This document shows, in pieces, positions 18,717 to 28,562 of a stretch of DNA of 64,000 bases (the first letter of the stretch is position 1; every line of letters starts with the position of its first letter). A program made the position numbers and the translations under genes. The stretch is taken from contig CAWHIJ010000003.1 of assembly GCA_963829525.1 (NCBI GenBank), forward strand, positions 1,792,001 through 1,856,000. The letters are read 5' to 3'. The stretch is from an uncultured Actinomycetota bacterium (GTDB lineage Bacteria; Actinomycetota; Actinomycetes; JAHEKZ01). Below the pieces are notes generated by a model. The model was not told the DNA's origin. It was given only the letters and a program-made list of their open reading frames with translations, and searched no databases.

Positions 18717-19103
18717 CTAGAGCTCTTCATCCTGCCACAGCCCATCGGACAGGTGCATCCGCAGCGGCACGAAGCGCATCACCCCGGGCGCCGAACTGAG
18801 CACGGTGTTGAGCTCGGCCATGAGGTCGGCAAATCCTGGCGCTGAACGGTGGGCTGTCATCCCGTCCTCGCCGTTGAACCACTCGTGCAGCCAGACAACC
18901 TCAGGTTCATCGGGGTCGAGCGAGATGCAGAAGAACTCGGTGGCAGGCTCTTCAGGCAGCCGGTCGATGTAACGGTGCAGCGCGTCGAGCAAGGCCGCTC
19001 GCCCCCCTGATTCGGCCTGAAGCCGCACGACAAGACCCTGCCGGTCGGGAAGCAACCGCGTTCGCGGGGCACCATTCGCGTCACGTTCCAATGCACCACT
19101 CAT
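18717..19103 (-). CDS. ABM-domain (putative quinol monooxygenase) protein
   Basis: EP.T...SLDPDEP..VWLHEW...AHRSAP.F pattern. Confidence 0.7.
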   Translation of the reverse strand: MSGALERDANGAPRTRLLPDRQGLVVRLQAESGGRAALLDALHRYIDRLPEEPATEFFCISLDPDEPEVVWLHEWFNGEDGMTAHRSAPGFADLMAELNTVLSSAPGVMRFVPLRMHLSDGLWQDEEL

Positions 19104-19166
19104 AGGACATCTCTACCACTTGTTCGCCGGCGACACCCAGGGCTTAGCGGCTCAATCAGAGCCGCG

Positions 19167-20105
19167 TCACCAACCGAAGTCCTCGCCCAGAAGCTCAGTA
19201 AGCTCGCGGTTGAATGGCTCGTAGTAGGCGGCCAGTCGCTCACGGGTTTCAGGGAGAATCTTGGGGTTGCCCTCTCGGGCGTTCCTGGCGCCCAAGTCCA
19301 CGGCATGGTGATCTAGGCCGAGGTGGTCCTCGATGCGCCGAAACGCACCGGCCGCATCGTTCTTGAGCGCCTCAAGCGGAAGTACGAGTAACTGTTCCCT
19401 CGGGAAGTACTCAAAGTAGATGCGCAGCTGTTCGGCATATCGGCCGCGTGCGAGATATGTATGGTGATCATGATCGAAGCTGTAGTGATCGGGAACCGCC
19501 AGCCACTCATTCGTCACACCCGACAGCCGTCCCTCCTCCGCGTCTATCGCCTGCTCAAAGGTCGGGAGGTCCTCCGTTCCTGCCACGACCCGGTCAAAGT
19601 AGTTGGAGTGGGCTCTGGACACCGGCTCGCGAAGGATGGCGATTAGACGCGCCTGGGGAGCGGTCTCCCTAATCCGCGCCGCTGCGGCCGGGTGAAACAG
19701 GTAGTAGGGCGACGTCTCCCCAACCTGTGCTGCCCCAGCACGCCTGCGTCGGGCGTTGCGTGCCAGCCTCGTGGGGAAGTGTGAGAGATACCAGTCGGCT
19801 CCTCTTCCGTAGTTGATGTCGAAGAAGTGGGGACTCTTTCGACGCTGAACACGCGGGAACATCGGCATCACTTGAGGATGTTCAACGAGCCAGTTGGCTA
19901 CAGATGTCGTGCCACCCTTCTTCGCCCCGATCACCAAGAAGTCCGGCATCTGACGATGCCTGGCAGTCGCCGATCCGTAGGTGCGGGCTGAGTCTCGTAG
20001 GAAGTTGGCTAGCTCTGTGGGTGCGCCACGTCTGACACGATTCCATCGAGTTGACTTGCGCATACCTCCGATCGGCTCGGCCCCTGGGCTCGGAGCGACT
20101 CCCAT
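19167..20105 (-). CDS. PAPS-dependent sulfotransferase
   Basis: PDFLVIGAKKGGTTS (5'-PSB) and LREPVSRAHS (3'-PB); AGGAAGG RBS before ATG 20105. Confidence 0.9.
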   Translation of the reverse strand: MGVAPSPGAEPIGGMRKSTRWNRVRRGAPTELANFLRDSARTYGSATARHRQMPDFLVIGAKKGGTTSVANWLVEHPQVMPMFPRVQRRKSPHFFDINYGRGADWYLSHFPTRLARNARRRRAGAAQVGETSPYYLFHPAAAARIRETAPQARLIAILREPVSRAHSNYFDRVVAGTEDLPTFEQAIDAEEGRLSGVTNEWLAVPDHYSFDHDHHTYLARGRYAEQLRIYFEYFPREQLLVLPLEALKNDAAGAFRRIEDHLGLDHHAVDLGARNAREGNPKILPETRERLAAYYEPFNRELTELLGEDFGW

Positions 20106-20277
20106 GCTGACCTTCCTACCTTCCTGAAGCAATATCACTTGGGGCACCACAATCTCGCACACCATACGGTCGAGACACCCTCGCGACACCTCGTCACCCA
20201 TTTGGTCGCATCGTGGGGGTCATCCATTTGTTTGCTCGGTAAACGGTAAACTCGGTCGCCAGGAGCGAGGGGGGTGA

Positions 20278-21228
20278 ATGGGCGTGTCTGGTGCGTATGG
20301 GCCCGATATCGTCATTGCCGGGTCCGCCCGCTCGGGGACTTCGTCACTTGCCTCCTGGCTGAGCAGCCACCCCTGTGTCGACCCGGGGGCCATCAAGGAG
20401 CCCAACTTCTTCAGCCGCGAGACCGATCGCGGGTTGGACTGGTACGACAGGCTCTACGAGCCGCGGCGTCCAGACCTGCTCAGGCTAGATGCGAGCATGT
20501 CTTACACCTTCAAGCAATTCCCGAACGCTCTTCGCGACCTCGTCGCAGAATCGCCCAGGGCGGTCGTCATTTACGCCGTTCGGCATCCAATCAGACGACT
20601 GTTATCGCACTACCAGCTCCACAGGGACTACTTTGGCAGTGATCCAGCCCAATCCCTTGGGCAGGCTCTTGCCCCTTCGGGGCGGTACGTCAGTGTCTAC
20701 ACCGGTGCGAGCGACTACGCGTTCTGGCTGCCTCAACTAGCCGAGCACGTGGACCCTTCGAACCTCATCATCGTTCCTTTCCCGGTCATCACCGGGGCTC
20801 GTAAGAAGTTGGCTGAAATGCTTTGTGCGGCGACGGGCTTAGCCGAAGAACCGCTGCTGCAACAGACCGCTGCCACAGACGAACACCGAAACCATGTGGT
20901 CCAGTTTCGCGGTGGCGGGGTCCGCAAACTCCGCAGAGTGGTCCGTCGCGCCGGCCTCTACCCGACCGTCCGTCGCACGCTGGGTGCCGACCGGTTACGC
21001 CGTCTCCGGTCGCTGGCGACACGCCAAGCGGAGACAGAAAGCCTCACCGATGCTCTTGCTACCTGCTCCGCGGATCAACTCGACCAGCTTCGCAAGCTGT
21101 ACGAAAGCGCACGAACGTCGACCGCCGAGGCATTGGCGCTGCAGGACTCCAGGCTCGGTCTTCAGTGGGCACGGGATTGGCACATCGAGTGCCCCGAGAT
21201 TGCCGCGGGCTCGGAGGCTCGCTGGTGA
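20278..21228 (+). CDS. PAPS-dependent sulfotransferase
   Basis: IAGSARSGTSSL, KEPNFF, DASMSY and VRHPIRRLLSHY motifs. Confidence 0.88.
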   Translation: MGVSGAYGPDIVIAGSARSGTSSLASWLSSHPCVDPGAIKEPNFFSRETDRGLDWYDRLYEPRRPDLLRLDASMSYTFKQFPNALRDLVAESPRAVVIYAVRHPIRRLLSHYQLHRDYFGSDPAQSLGQALAPSGRYVSVYTGASDYAFWLPQLAEHVDPSNLIIVPFPVITGARKKLAEMLCAATGLAEEPLLQQTAATDEHRNHVVQFRGGGVRKLRRVVRRAGLYPTVRRTLGADRLRRLRSLATRQAETESLTDALATCSADQLDQLRKLYESARTSTAEALALQDSRLGLQWARDWHIECPEIAAGSEARW

Positions 21229-22418
21229 ATACCGCCTCGCAATCGGTGGCCGCGACGTCGCTCATCACGCGAGTTAGACCGATCTGGCCGGCTCCGACCA
21301 ACCTCCGTGTGAATCGGCGTGCTGGCAATTTCGAAGTTGGCTCGCAGAACTACCTCGTCCTGCCGAGCCTCCGACGGCCCGTCCTCCTTCTGCCCTCTCG
21401 GAGCCCGGCCGCTTCCGGTGCCATCGTCAGATTCGATGACGGGCAACGGGGAAAAGCCTTGGTACGAATCCTCGCCTGGGCTCAGGCGAAGGGTCTGTTG
21501 TACCGGCTGCCCTTGGCTCGGTTATCCGTCAGTGATCGGGCCGGGTGCCCGCTGGACGTCGTGGCGCGCACCCTCCCCGATGCCGACACGATCGTGGTAC
21601 GCCTCGGCCGCCCGCGCCATGGCAGGGCAGTAGTTCTCAATGCCCTTGACGCCGGTGGGCGATCGCTGGCGTTCGCAAAGTGTGCCTGGGGTGACCGGGT
21701 ATCCGACCTTCGGAGGGAGCAGACCAGCCTTACCACCATTGCTGACCATCCCGTTCCCGGCATCCGAACCCCGAAAGTGCTCGGATTGATCGAGCAAGGA
21801 GACTTCGCGGCGCTCGTGCTAGAGGCGCTCAGCCCGCAATCTGCTGCTGCTGAACCATCGGGTGTCCCAATCGTGGAGATGAGAGCCTTTGCCGAGCGTC
21901 ACGGGTGGCAGTCGAGCAGCCTGCGACTGACCCCAGCAATCGGTCGCCTGAGTGAGGGGATCAGCGCCATCCGAGACCCCGAGGAGCGAAAGTGGCTGGA
22001 GAGAGAACTGGATCGCCTAGTCACCGAACGAGGCGACATCGACACCAGGACAGGGTCATGGCACGGAGATTGGGTTCCATGGAACATGGCTCGAGACGCC
22101 GACGCCGTTCTTCTCTGGGATTGGGAGCATTGCGAGGATGGAGTGCTACCCGGGTTCGATCACCTGCACTACCTGGCCCAAGATCTTCGACTGCGCGAAG
22201 GACCAACCGAGAGCGCAGAGGACGCCTGGGTCTACAGCGCTCGTAAGGTCCTGGCGACCAACTGGGATGTACACCATGAAGAGGCGGACGCAGCTATCCG
22301 CACCTACCTCCTGGTGGTGAACCTCCGGTACGTCGCCGATCGCCAGGGGGCTCCTGACAGTAACGCTCGGCGCGCGGGTTGGTCGCGACAGCTGCTTGAG
22401 CGGCTCGGGGAGGTCTGA
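21225..22418 (+). CDS. APH/choline-kinase-like phosphotransferase
   Basis: AFAK, WHGDWVPWN and WDWE motifs; GTGA overlap. Confidence 0.7.
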   Translation: MNTASQSVAATSLITRVRPIWPAPTNLRVNRRAGNFEVGSQNYLVLPSLRRPVLLLPSRSPAASGAIVRFDDGQRGKALVRILAWAQAKGLLYRLPLARLSVSDRAGCPLDVVARTLPDADTIVVRLGRPRHGRAVVLNALDAGGRSLAFAKCAWGDRVSDLRREQTSLTTIADHPVPGIRTPKVLGLIEQGDFAALVLEALSPQSAAAEPSGVPIVEMRAFAERHGWQSSSLRLTPAIGRLSEGISAIRDPEERKWLERELDRLVTERGDIDTRTGSWHGDWVPWNMARDADAVLLWDWEHCEDGVLPGFDHLHYLAQDLRLREGPTESAEDAWVYSARKVLATNWDVHHEEADAAIRTYLLVVNLRYVADRQGAPDSNARRAGWSRQLLERLGEV

Positions 22419-23566
22419 TGGGCTCCCCGAACAGTCTGCGAATCCTCCACGTAAGCGAGGTTCACTGGGGTGGCGTTGTCGTTCTCTTAAGGCACTTCGC
22501 AGCTGAGCAAATCGCACAAGGTCACGAAGTGCACGTCCTGGCCCACCCGGACATGCCCGATCTCGGGCCTGGTGTCACGATTCACAGATGGCACCTTGAT
22601 CGCCGCCGACCAACTACCTACTTGAAAGCCATTCGTCAGTATCACGCGGCGGTCAGAGTCGTTGTGCCAGATGTCGTCCATGTCCATTCCTTCGTCGCCG
22701 GCTTCCTCTGTCGCTTTCCTCTCACCAAGCCACCACGCTCTGCCGCAGTCGTCTATCAACCCCATGCATGGGCCGACACCGTCTTCTCAAATCCCCTGAT
22801 CTCAGCCACGGTGAGGCAGTCCGAGCGTCTTTCAGCTCGTCGTACCGATCTCGTGGTTGCGAATTGTGAGGATGAACTGCGACGCGGTGAAGCACTCGGT
22901 GTTCGAGTGCCCGGGCGAGCGCTTGGTGTCGCCGTGGATTTGGCAACGTTCAGGCCACCGACCCCGGCCGAACGAGAGTCGGCTCGAAAGGCGCTCGGTC
23001 TTACCGAGGAACGGATAGCCCTCATCCTGGGTCGCCTGGTCCGGCAGAAAGGGCAGGACCTCTTGTTGCCGGTATGGGCCGCTCATCGTCCCGCTGACAC
23101 CACACTCGCGCTGGTCGGTCCGGGAGATCCTGGCTGGGTTGAACACTTCGCGGGCAGCCAATGGGGAAGGACCGTATTCGCCCCGGGACCGACCGACAAC
23201 GTTCTCCCTTGGCTCTGGGCAGCCGACGTGCTGGTTCTTTGCTCACGATACGAGACAGTCGGACTCGTCGTCGCCGAAGCGATGTCCGTCGGACTGCCCG
23301 TGGTAGCTACCCGAGTAGACGGTGCTCAAGAGGTTTTGCTTGATGGCGTGGAGCAGCCGGCTGGGGCGGTCGTCGAGTCCGCTGACATGGATGGTGTCAT
23401 CCGCGAACTGACCCGACGCCTTGAGGACCCTGACCTGCACCGAAGTGAGGCAGCCGCCGGGCCACTCCGAGCCAAGGTTCGGTTTGCGCCGAACGCGGTC
23501 GCTGAGCGTCTCGTGGCCGCCTATCGAGAAGCGATCAAGTACGCAGACGAAAGGAAGGGTCTGTGA
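22418..23566 (+). CDS. Glycosyltransferase family 4
   Basis: GRLVRQKG and SRYETVGLVVAEAM (Ex7E) motifs. Confidence 0.9.
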   Translation: MGSPNSLRILHVSEVHWGGVVVLLRHFAAEQIAQGHEVHVLAHPDMPDLGPGVTIHRWHLDRRRPTTYLKAIRQYHAAVRVVVPDVVHVHSFVAGFLCRFPLTKPPRSAAVVYQPHAWADTVFSNPLISATVRQSERLSARRTDLVVANCEDELRRGEALGVRVPGRALGVAVDLATFRPPTPAERESARKALGLTEERIALILGRLVRQKGQDLLLPVWAAHRPADTTLALVGPGDPGWVEHFAGSQWGRTVFAPGPTDNVLPWLWAADVLVLCSRYETVGLVVAEAMSVGLPVVATRVDGAQEVLLDGVEQPAGAVVESADMDGVIRELTRRLEDPDLHRSEAAAGPLRAKVRFAPNAVAERLVAAYREAIKYADERKGL

Positions 23567-24489
23567 CCCAAACTCGACCGAACTTCCTAGTGGTGGGGGC
23601 CGCTCGGAGTGGGACAACCGGCCTCGTTGAGGGTCTGAGGTCCCACCCCCGCGTGTTCGTGACCGATCCCAAGGAACCGCACTTCTTCGCGCTGCACGAG
23701 ACTGGTGCACACTTCACAGCACCTGGTGACCAACACACGATCAACCGCGTGGCAGTGACAGAGCGACAGGCATACCTTGATCTCTACCCACAGGTCCACG
23801 ACTACCTAGCTCTTGGCGACGCTTCGGTCTCCACGCTCTACTACGCCGAGACAGCCGTACCCGCCGTGCTCGAAATGAATCCGGAAATGAAGCTCGTCGT
23901 CATGCTGCGTGAACCGGTTGCACGCGCGTTCTCCAGCCATCAGTACATGCGGGCACGGGGTCTGGAGCCCGTCGAGGACTTTCTCGACGCGGTTGCACTG
24001 GAGGAAGAGCGCAAACGGGCGGGCTGGCATCACATTTGGCACTACACGGCTATGAGCCATTACAGCGACTCCCTCAGAGTCCTGTACTCCGCCTTCCCAC
24101 GAGAACAGGTTGGAGTGTGGTTCTACGACGATTTGAGTTCAGACTACGAGGCAACGGTCAGCCAGATTCTGCGATTCCTTGAGGTACCGCACATAGAAGG
24201 AGAGGCCTCCGGTATCCCCCGAGTCAACGTCTCAGGCCAGCCGAAGTACGCCGCACTGCACAAGGCCATCTCGGTGGCAACCGCCAACGACAGGCTCCGC
24301 TCGTTCGTCAAGAGCAGGACGTCCTACCGGCTCCGCGAGCGGGTACGGCGCGCAGCCCTTAGGTCAGACCCACTGCCGGCCGAGGCTCAGCACAAGCTTG
24401 GACCGCAGTTCCAGACCGATCTGGTGAAGCTCCGCGAACTTATCGATGGACCGGTTCCACGATGGCTTGAGTCGGCGGCGACCCGATGA
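23563..24489 (+). CDS. PAPS-dependent sulfotransferase
   Basis: PNFLVVGAARSGTT, PKEPHFF and LREPVARAFS motifs. Confidence 0.9.
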   Translation: MTQTRPNFLVVGAARSGTTGLVEGLRSHPRVFVTDPKEPHFFALHETGAHFTAPGDQHTINRVAVTERQAYLDLYPQVHDYLALGDASVSTLYYAETAVPAVLEMNPEMKLVVMLREPVARAFSSHQYMRARGLEPVEDFLDAVALEEERKRAGWHHIWHYTAMSHYSDSLRVLYSAFPREQVGVWFYDDLSSDYEATVSQILRFLEVPHIEGEASGIPRVNVSGQPKYAALHKAISVATANDRLRSFVKSRTSYRLRERVRRAALRSDPLPAEAQHKLGPQFQTDLVKLRELIDGPVPRWLESAATR

Positions 24490-25658
24490 GGGTGCTTCAA
24501 CTGCACAACCATCATTCGTCGCTTGGCGGGGCGATGGAGGTCTTGGCACATGAAGCTCAGCTGCTTACCGACGCTGGCCACAACGTGGAGCAATTCACAC
24601 TCCCATCTGCAGAGCAACTGGGTCTCTCGCCGCTTCGTGCGGGGGGTAAAGCCATCTGGAATATCGAAGCTCAGAAAGAGACCACACGCCGAATCCGCTC
24701 CTTTCGGCCAGATGTAGTCCATGTGCATACGCCATTTCCGCTGATGTCGCCCTCGGTATTCCGGTCAGCGCACGCGGCCGGGGTGCCGGCCGTCACCACA
24801 CTGCACAGCTACCGTTGGTCGTGTGTAGTCGGAACCTGCGTGCGCGACGGTTCCATATGCGAGGACTGCGTGGGATCGAAGCTCAAACTGTCGGGAATTC
24901 GCCACTCCTGCTACCACGAAAGCCGACTTGCCACGACGGCCCTGACTTTGGGGCTGGGCGTGCACCGCGCGGTTGGAACAACACAGCGCGCCATCACTCG
25001 GTATCTCACGCTCACCAGCTTCATGCGAAGACTGATGATTCGTGACGGCTACCCGGCAAGCAGGATCCTGGTTAAGCCCAATTCTGTGCCTGACCCCGGA
25101 GTCGCCGGACGACGCTTGACAGGCACCCGGTTTGTCTTCATTGCGGCCCGCCTCATCGAGATCAAGGGGATCCGGACCCTGCTCGACGCCTGGGCCAGGG
25201 CCGACACCAGAGAGCTTCGCCTCGTCATTGCCGGCGACGGTGAGTTGCGGTCCTTGGTAACAGAACGCGCCGCGTCCGATTCCTCGATCGAGTATCTCGG
25301 ATGGCTCGCAGAGGATGCCGTCACCCAGCGCATGCGTGACGCAGAAGCGGTTCTGGTCCCATCACAGTGGTACGAGGGCTTACCGCTGGTCATCCTGAGA
25401 AGCTTGTCGGTGGGTACTCCACTCCTCGTGTCGGATCTGGAGAACATCGCCGAAGATGTGGTCGGCGATGGTGTTGGTTGGAGCTTTCAGACCGGCAACG
25501 TCGCCGATCTCGAGCGTCACTTGTCCGATCTTGCCAATCACCCGGAGCGAAGCCTTTCCCTGCGGGAGCGAGCCCGCAACAACTACGAGTCTCGATACTC
25601 ACCAGCGGTTGATCTCGTGCGCCTCGAAGACATCTATCGCGAGGTGTCGCGCAGTTGA
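24486..25658 (+). CDS. Glycosyltransferase family 4
   Basis: RLIEIKG and PSQWYEGLPLV; Cys-rich segment typical of a GT4 subfamily. Confidence 0.9.
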   Translation: MRVLQLHNHHSSLGGAMEVLAHEAQLLTDAGHNVEQFTLPSAEQLGLSPLRAGGKAIWNIEAQKETTRRIRSFRPDVVHVHTPFPLMSPSVFRSAHAAGVPAVTTLHSYRWSCVVGTCVRDGSICEDCVGSKLKLSGIRHSCYHESRLATTALTLGLGVHRAVGTTQRAITRYLTLTSFMRRLMIRDGYPASRILVKPNSVPDPGVAGRRLTGTRFVFIAARLIEIKGIRTLLDAWARADTRELRLVIAGDGELRSLVTERAASDSSIEYLGWLAEDAVTQRMRDAEAVLVPSQWYEGLPLVILRSLSVGTPLLVSDLENIAEDVVGDGVGWSFQTGNVADLERHLSDLANHPERSLSLRERARNNYESRYSPAVDLVRLEDIYREVSRS

Positions 25659-25720
25659 GGCAGCTTGCCGGTCGTGGCCGTGTCGACGCCATGAATCCTG
25701 TCGGCAGCACCTCCGAGTGC

Positions 25721-26530
25721 CTAGCGCTCACTCCGCCCGGTCGCATATAGGGCCACTGCTGCGGCTGCACCAATGTTCAGGGAGTCCACGCCATCAGCCA
25801 TCGGGATGCGCACATGCCGAGTGACCGCGGCGAGGGCGTCAGGGCTAAGGCCATGGCCCTCGCTGCCCAGGAGCAGGGCTAGTCGCTGGGGTGGGTCAGC
25901 GGCCACCCTGTCCAGCGGTTCGGCGTGCGGGTGCGGCGTCAAAGCAAGAAGCTCCCATCCTGCGGCCGAAAGGTCGGTCAGCAGTTGTGGCCAGGAGCTT
26001 GCCCGAGTCCAGGGAAGAGCGAAGACCGCACCCATCGATACCCGCACCGACCGTCGATACAGCGGGTCAGCGCAGGTCGGGTCGACCAGGACGGCATCAA
26101 AACCGAGTCCTGCCGCAGAGCGAAAGACTGCGCCGACATTGGTGTGATCGACGAGTCCCTCGAGCACCACAATGCGCCGTGCCTGGCGCACCACTTGTTC
26201 GACGGTGGGCAACGGAGTCCGCGACATCGCGGCAAGCGCGCCGCGGTGTACCCGATATCCGGTGATCTCGTTCACCGTTGCCTCCTCTCCGACAAGGACA
26301 ACGGTGCCAGCCGGGAGATTCAGATCCCCGATTGCCTCGAGCCACCGCGGCGTGGTCAGCACCGAGCGAATGGGGTAGCCGGCGAGCAGCGCACGCGCGA
26401 TGACCTGGTGACTCTCGGCCATGAAGAGCCCCTCTGCGGGCTCCTTGCGGCGCCTGAGCTTCACATCGGTGAGCTCGCGATAGTCCGCGACGCGTGGATC
26501 TGCGACGTCGGTGACCTGAGAGACCTCCAT
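25721..26530 (-). CDS. TrmH/SpoU family RNA methyltransferase
   Basis: DHTNVGAVFRSA, GSEGHGL and VDSLNI SPOUT motifs. Confidence 0.92.
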   Translation of the reverse strand: MEVSQVTDVADPRVADYRELTDVKLRRRKEPAEGLFMAESHQVIARALLAGYPIRSVLTTPRWLEAIGDLNLPAGTVVLVGEEATVNEITGYRVHRGALAAMSRTPLPTVEQVVRQARRIVVLEGLVDHTNVGAVFRSAAGLGFDAVLVDPTCADPLYRRSVRVSMGAVFALPWTRASSWPQLLTDLSAAGWELLALTPHPHAEPLDRVAADPPQRLALLLGSEGHGLSPDALAAVTRHVRIPMADGVDSLNIGAAAAVALYATGRSER

Positions 26531-27279
26531 CACCGCACCAACATGAACAGTGCGATGAGACCGACCACGATGACGAACGACCGGAGGGCGGCCGGTGGCA
26601 GCCTCCTGCCGTAGTGGGCTCCGAGGAAGCCACCAGCGGTCGCCCCCACGACCAGGACAAGCGCGATTGCCCAGTCGATGTCGGCCAGCAGGATGAAGAC
26701 GACAGCGGCGACCGCGTTGACGACGGCTGCGAGCACGTTCTTCAACGCGTTGACGCGCTGCAAATGCGCGTCGACCAGAGCTCCAAGAATGGCGATCAGC
26801 AGGACACCCTGTGCGGCACCGAAGTAGCCCCCGTAGATCCCGACGAGGTAGACCGCTCCCCACGCCACCGGTCCACCGAGTGCGTAGGTGTCGTGCTCGA
26901 CCGCAAGCCGTCGTGATAGCCACGGTTGAAGGGCCACAAGCGCCACGCCCAGCCCGACCAGCGCGGGAACGATGGAGTCAAAGGCGGACTCAGGGAGAAC
27001 GAGAAGCAGTATGGCTCCAGTGAGCCCCCCGAGCACGGACGCTGGCACGAACCGCCTGATGCGGGCTCGCTGAGTCGAGAGCTCTTGTCGGTAACCGACG
27101 CTACTTGCTACCGATCCGGCAACCAGGCCAACGGTGTTGGTCACATTCGCCGTCAGCGGTGGGACGCCGAGGGCCACGAGCGTCGAGAACGTCACCAACG
27201 TCCCCGACCCCACGAGGGCATTGATGCCCCCTGCCGCTACGCCCGCAGCCAGGATCGCCAGCCACTCCCACCAGACCAT
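26530..27279 (-). CDS. TauE/SafE (TSUP) family membrane transporter
   Basis: GINALVGSGTL, YGGYFGAAQG and NALKN motifs. Confidence 0.88.
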   Translation of the reverse strand: MVWWEWLAILAAGVAAGGINALVGSGTLVTFSTLVALGVPPLTANVTNTVGLVAGSVASSVGYRQELSTQRARIRRFVPASVLGGLTGAILLLVLPESAFDSIVPALVGLGVALVALQPWLSRRLAVEHDTYALGGPVAWGAVYLVGIYGGYFGAAQGVLLIAILGALVDAHLQRVNALKNVLAAVVNAVAAVVFILLADIDWAIALVLVVGATAGGFLGAHYGRRLPPAALRSFVIVVGLIALFMLVR

Positions 27280-27379
27280 GAAGGCACATGCTAGGCGTCG
27301 AGCAGTCACAGCCACGCTGCAGCGTGCTGCCGTCTCCGGTGCGTCAAGCCTGACTCGGCCGATGCCGATGCATATGATC

Positions 27380-28516
27380 ATGAGCCCGACGCGCCCCATG
27401 CGCCACCGGGTGGCCGCCGCTGCCCGTTCACGCCTGACGGTGCTCCTCTGTGCGTCGGTGTTGGCACTCGTGGTGATCCCGGGGTCAGCCGGTGCCGAGA
27501 CGTCGGACGAGGTTCGGGCCAGGGCTGCCGTGGTTGCCGAACGGGTCACCGCCCTGCAGGACGAAGTGGATGCCGCCAGTTCGGAGTACCGGAAGGCCTT
27601 GCGGAGCCTGTCCGGGGCGGTCACCAAGGAGGTCAGCGCTGATGCTGCGGCCGACGCGGCCTCGCGCGCTGCTCTGCTGGCTGACCAGGATCGTGTCGCT
27701 GCCGTTCGAGCACTCGAACAGTCTGGCGGTTCCCTCGCCATGTTGGACGGCCTGCTCACCTCGGGGAGCCCCAGTGACTTGGCAGCGCAGATGAAGATCT
27801 CGACCGAGGTACTCCATGTGCTCGCTTCCGGATCTGAGTTCCTCGACTCAGCGGCGTGGCAGAGTTCACATCTTGCCGAACGGCAAGAGCACGGCACCAA
27901 GGCCAGCATGGTGACGGTGGCAGATGTCGAGGCTGCGTACCGGCGGCTCGACGGGCTGCTCACCGAGCAGGAAGAGGTCCTTGCGACGCTGGATGATCAA
28001 GCCAGTGACCTAGCCCGAGCCGAGCAGGCGCAGGCCAGAGTTGATGCCGAACGCGCAGCGGCGGCCGCTGCTGCTTCCGCTGCATCGGGGGAGGCCACCG
28101 CAGGTGGAATCCCCAAGTCCTTCTTGACCCTCTATCAGACTGCCGCTTCCACGTGCTCGGGATTGCCATGGCCTGTCCTAGCCGCAATTGGTCAGGTGGA
28201 GAGCGGTCACGGGACCAACACCGGGCCGTCGCCGGCAGGAGCAATGGGCCCGATGCAGTTCCTGCCCAGCACCTTCGCTGCCTACGCCGTAGATGGTGAC
28301 GAAGATGGCGTGGCCGACATCTGGAGTCCGGCTGACTCGATCTACAGTGCTGCCAACTACCTCTGCGCCAACGGAGCAGGAAACGGACCACGTGGCCTGT
28401 ACAGCGCCATATACCACTACAACCATGCCGACTGGTACGTGCTCATGGTCATGCGGGTAGCGGGAGAACTGGCCACCCGATTCGGTGAGCCGGTGCCGAT
28501 AGCCCAGGCTCCGTAG
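27380..28516 (+). CDS. Secreted coiled-coil + lytic transglycosylase protein
   Basis: Signal-like N-terminus, Ala-rich coil, LAAIGQVES, GAMGPMQF, YNHA; start uncertain. Confidence 0.85.
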   Translation: MSPTRPMRHRVAAAARSRLTVLLCASVLALVVIPGSAGAETSDEVRARAAVVAERVTALQDEVDAASSEYRKALRSLSGAVTKEVSADAAADAASRAALLADQDRVAAVRALEQSGGSLAMLDGLLTSGSPSDLAAQMKISTEVLHVLASGSEFLDSAAWQSSHLAERQEHGTKASMVTVADVEAAYRRLDGLLTEQEEVLATLDDQASDLARAEQAQARVDAERAAAAAAASAASGEATAGGIPKSFLTLYQTAASTCSGLPWPVLAAIGQVESGHGTNTGPSPAGAMGPMQFLPSTFAAYAVDGDEDGVADIWSPADSIYSAANYLCANGAGNGPRGLYSAIYHYNHADWYVLMVMRVAGELATRFGEPVPIAQAP

Positions 28517-28562
28517 TCGCCGCCGACACGACCGATTGCACACCCTCAGGCACCAACGAGGA

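Noticed and set aside
26530-27279. TauE exporter as part of the sulfotransferase cluster
   Set aside because: Opposite strand, coupled to trmH, and in its usual core neighbourhood with SPFH/NfeD
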